This document shows positions 62,558 through 64,000 of a stretch of DNA of 64,000 nt, piece after piece. The notes beneath the pieces are model-generated. The model ran no database searches, was not told the origin of the DNA, and saw only the letters and a program-made list of their open reading frames with translations. A program made the translations under genes and the position numbers. Origin of the DNA: Monocercomonoides exilis PA203 (Eukaryota > Protista > Preaxostyla); contig LSRY02000006.1 in NCBI GenBank assembly GCA_001643675.2, positions 1,116,001-1,180,000 on the forward strand. The letters run 5' to 3'. Positions within the stretch are counted from its first letter, which is position 1; each line of letters begins with the position of its first letter.

Positions 62558-64000
62558 ATGGATGATGTAGTAGATTTCAGTATTTTCCCTCCGACAGCAG
62601 AGATGTATTTTGGTTGGCTTTTGCTTTTCTTTGTTGATTTCTTTTTCAAAAGCTTGGTTTTATCCATTTAGAGATATTTGAAAACATGTTACAAGGACAT
62701 ATTTACCTCAAAGATAACAGCATGCTGCAACTTCGAAAGATGTTTGAGACGATACCGTTTGAAGATCTTTCAGAATACTTATGCTCATTAGGGCTTTTGC
62801 TATTTGAAGCGTTATCAAGTGAAAATCTTGACATCAAAGAAAAGCTCATTTTGCTTGGAGTGTTAGAAGATATAGCCCTTAGAGGCTTATTGATTGGTGG
62901 CTTTGATGGGTCAAACCTTGCCTTTATCCCATTTGAAAAAGCGAATATTGTGCAATTTTTAAAGAATATTGTTGAACGCACCGAAAATCAAAATGATGAA
63001 ATTTCAAAACAAATGCGTTTGCGGTGCTTGGCCGTACATTCAATCTTAACGATACATACCGGGCATTCTCTTCAGACTTATGAAGAATTAATTCCAATTA
63101 TGTTAGAGCGGATTTCAAGTCAAATAGAAAAAAAGAGTATATGCGGCACTCAAGAAAAAGGATTGGCTGTTCTTTATTGCATTGCAGAGAAAAGAGGTTT
63201 TTGCTTTTCTTATTATGCAATTTTTCAGTATTATTTTTTTAGCGAATAACTTGAAGTTACAAGAAAGTAATTGCTTATCATGCATAATTGATGCACTTGC
63301 TCCAAAACAAGCAGATTCTGAAAATGCATTATCGGAACCTTCTGCCATCGCATTAATGTATGGGTTTAGAGTCTGCTACGTTGCATATGGTTACGATCCG
63401 AAAATAAAGGAAACATTTTTAAAAATGTTAAATTTCGAAGAAAAAATTTTCAAAATTATTGACTCTTTACTAATGAATTCATTTTTCGAAACTGCATATG
63501 CGCGTGAGATGAGCTATTCAACATGCCAAAAATGCTTTGTTACACTTAACAACTTTGCTGGACATCAAAAACAATTACATAACAATATTTATTACTCGAA
63601 CGATATGTTTTATCGAATAAAACTCGCAACTTCGATGCCTGTAAAAGACATTCAGATTGCTTCGCTTGTTTTGTGCGAGACTCTTTCAGAAGGACTGTGC
63701 AATTGTCTGTCAAAAGGAGATTTCGACTATGCTCAATGCGAGCGTTTTTTCGAGCTGGTAGGGGCTGTGTTCTCGGTGGCTATGAATGGTGTATCTCGCA
63801 CAGCGATTAAAAGAAGATTTGAAATTGTGACCAATTTACTTGCGAAATTACATCGCTTATATTTGCAGGAAAAATTGACCGCAATTCAATTACAAGAACA
63901 CAAATTTTCTCTTCTTCGGTTGAATTTGTTGGACAAAATGGAAGAAGAGGGAATCGATGATATTTTAACAGCGTATTATCAAACGTTCATCACTAACATC
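62558..64000 (+). CDS. Spliced hypothetical helical (ARM/HEAT-like?) protein, 3' end beyond window
   Basis: ATG at 62558, intron to ~62671, 187-aa ORF, intron ~63197-63242, then an apparently open Leu-rich frame to the end. Confidence 0.6.

Overview
Eukaryotic, AT-rich protist DNA with short GT-AG introns and the standard genetic code. The gene style (giant Cys/Gly-rich receptor with a degenerate kinase tail, poly-Ser/Glu insertions) suggests an oxymonad such as Monocercomonoides; this is inference. Bases 1-21 kb are a compact housekeeping block: Aquarius helicase, RACK1, LST8, IMP4, a large coiled-coil protein and a HYLS1-like gene. Bases 22,195-59,109 form a ~37-kb palindrome: two ~17.2-kb near-identical inverted arms around a ~2.47-kb unique spacer. 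Each arm carries a ~3,990-aa beta-helix/TM/pseudokinase surface receptor, a decayed pogo-like DDE transposase, a MITE, a small basic ORF and iteron-like repeats. The spacer is almost entirely one decayed primase-polymerase (Prim-Pol) + superfamily-3 helicase gene of viral/plasmid type. The best candidate for an undescribed system is this inverted-repeat-flanked primase-helicase element at the palindrome axis. The flanks also hold two nested MITE families and a foldback element containing a tRNA-like Pol III unit plus telomere-like CCCTAA motifs.
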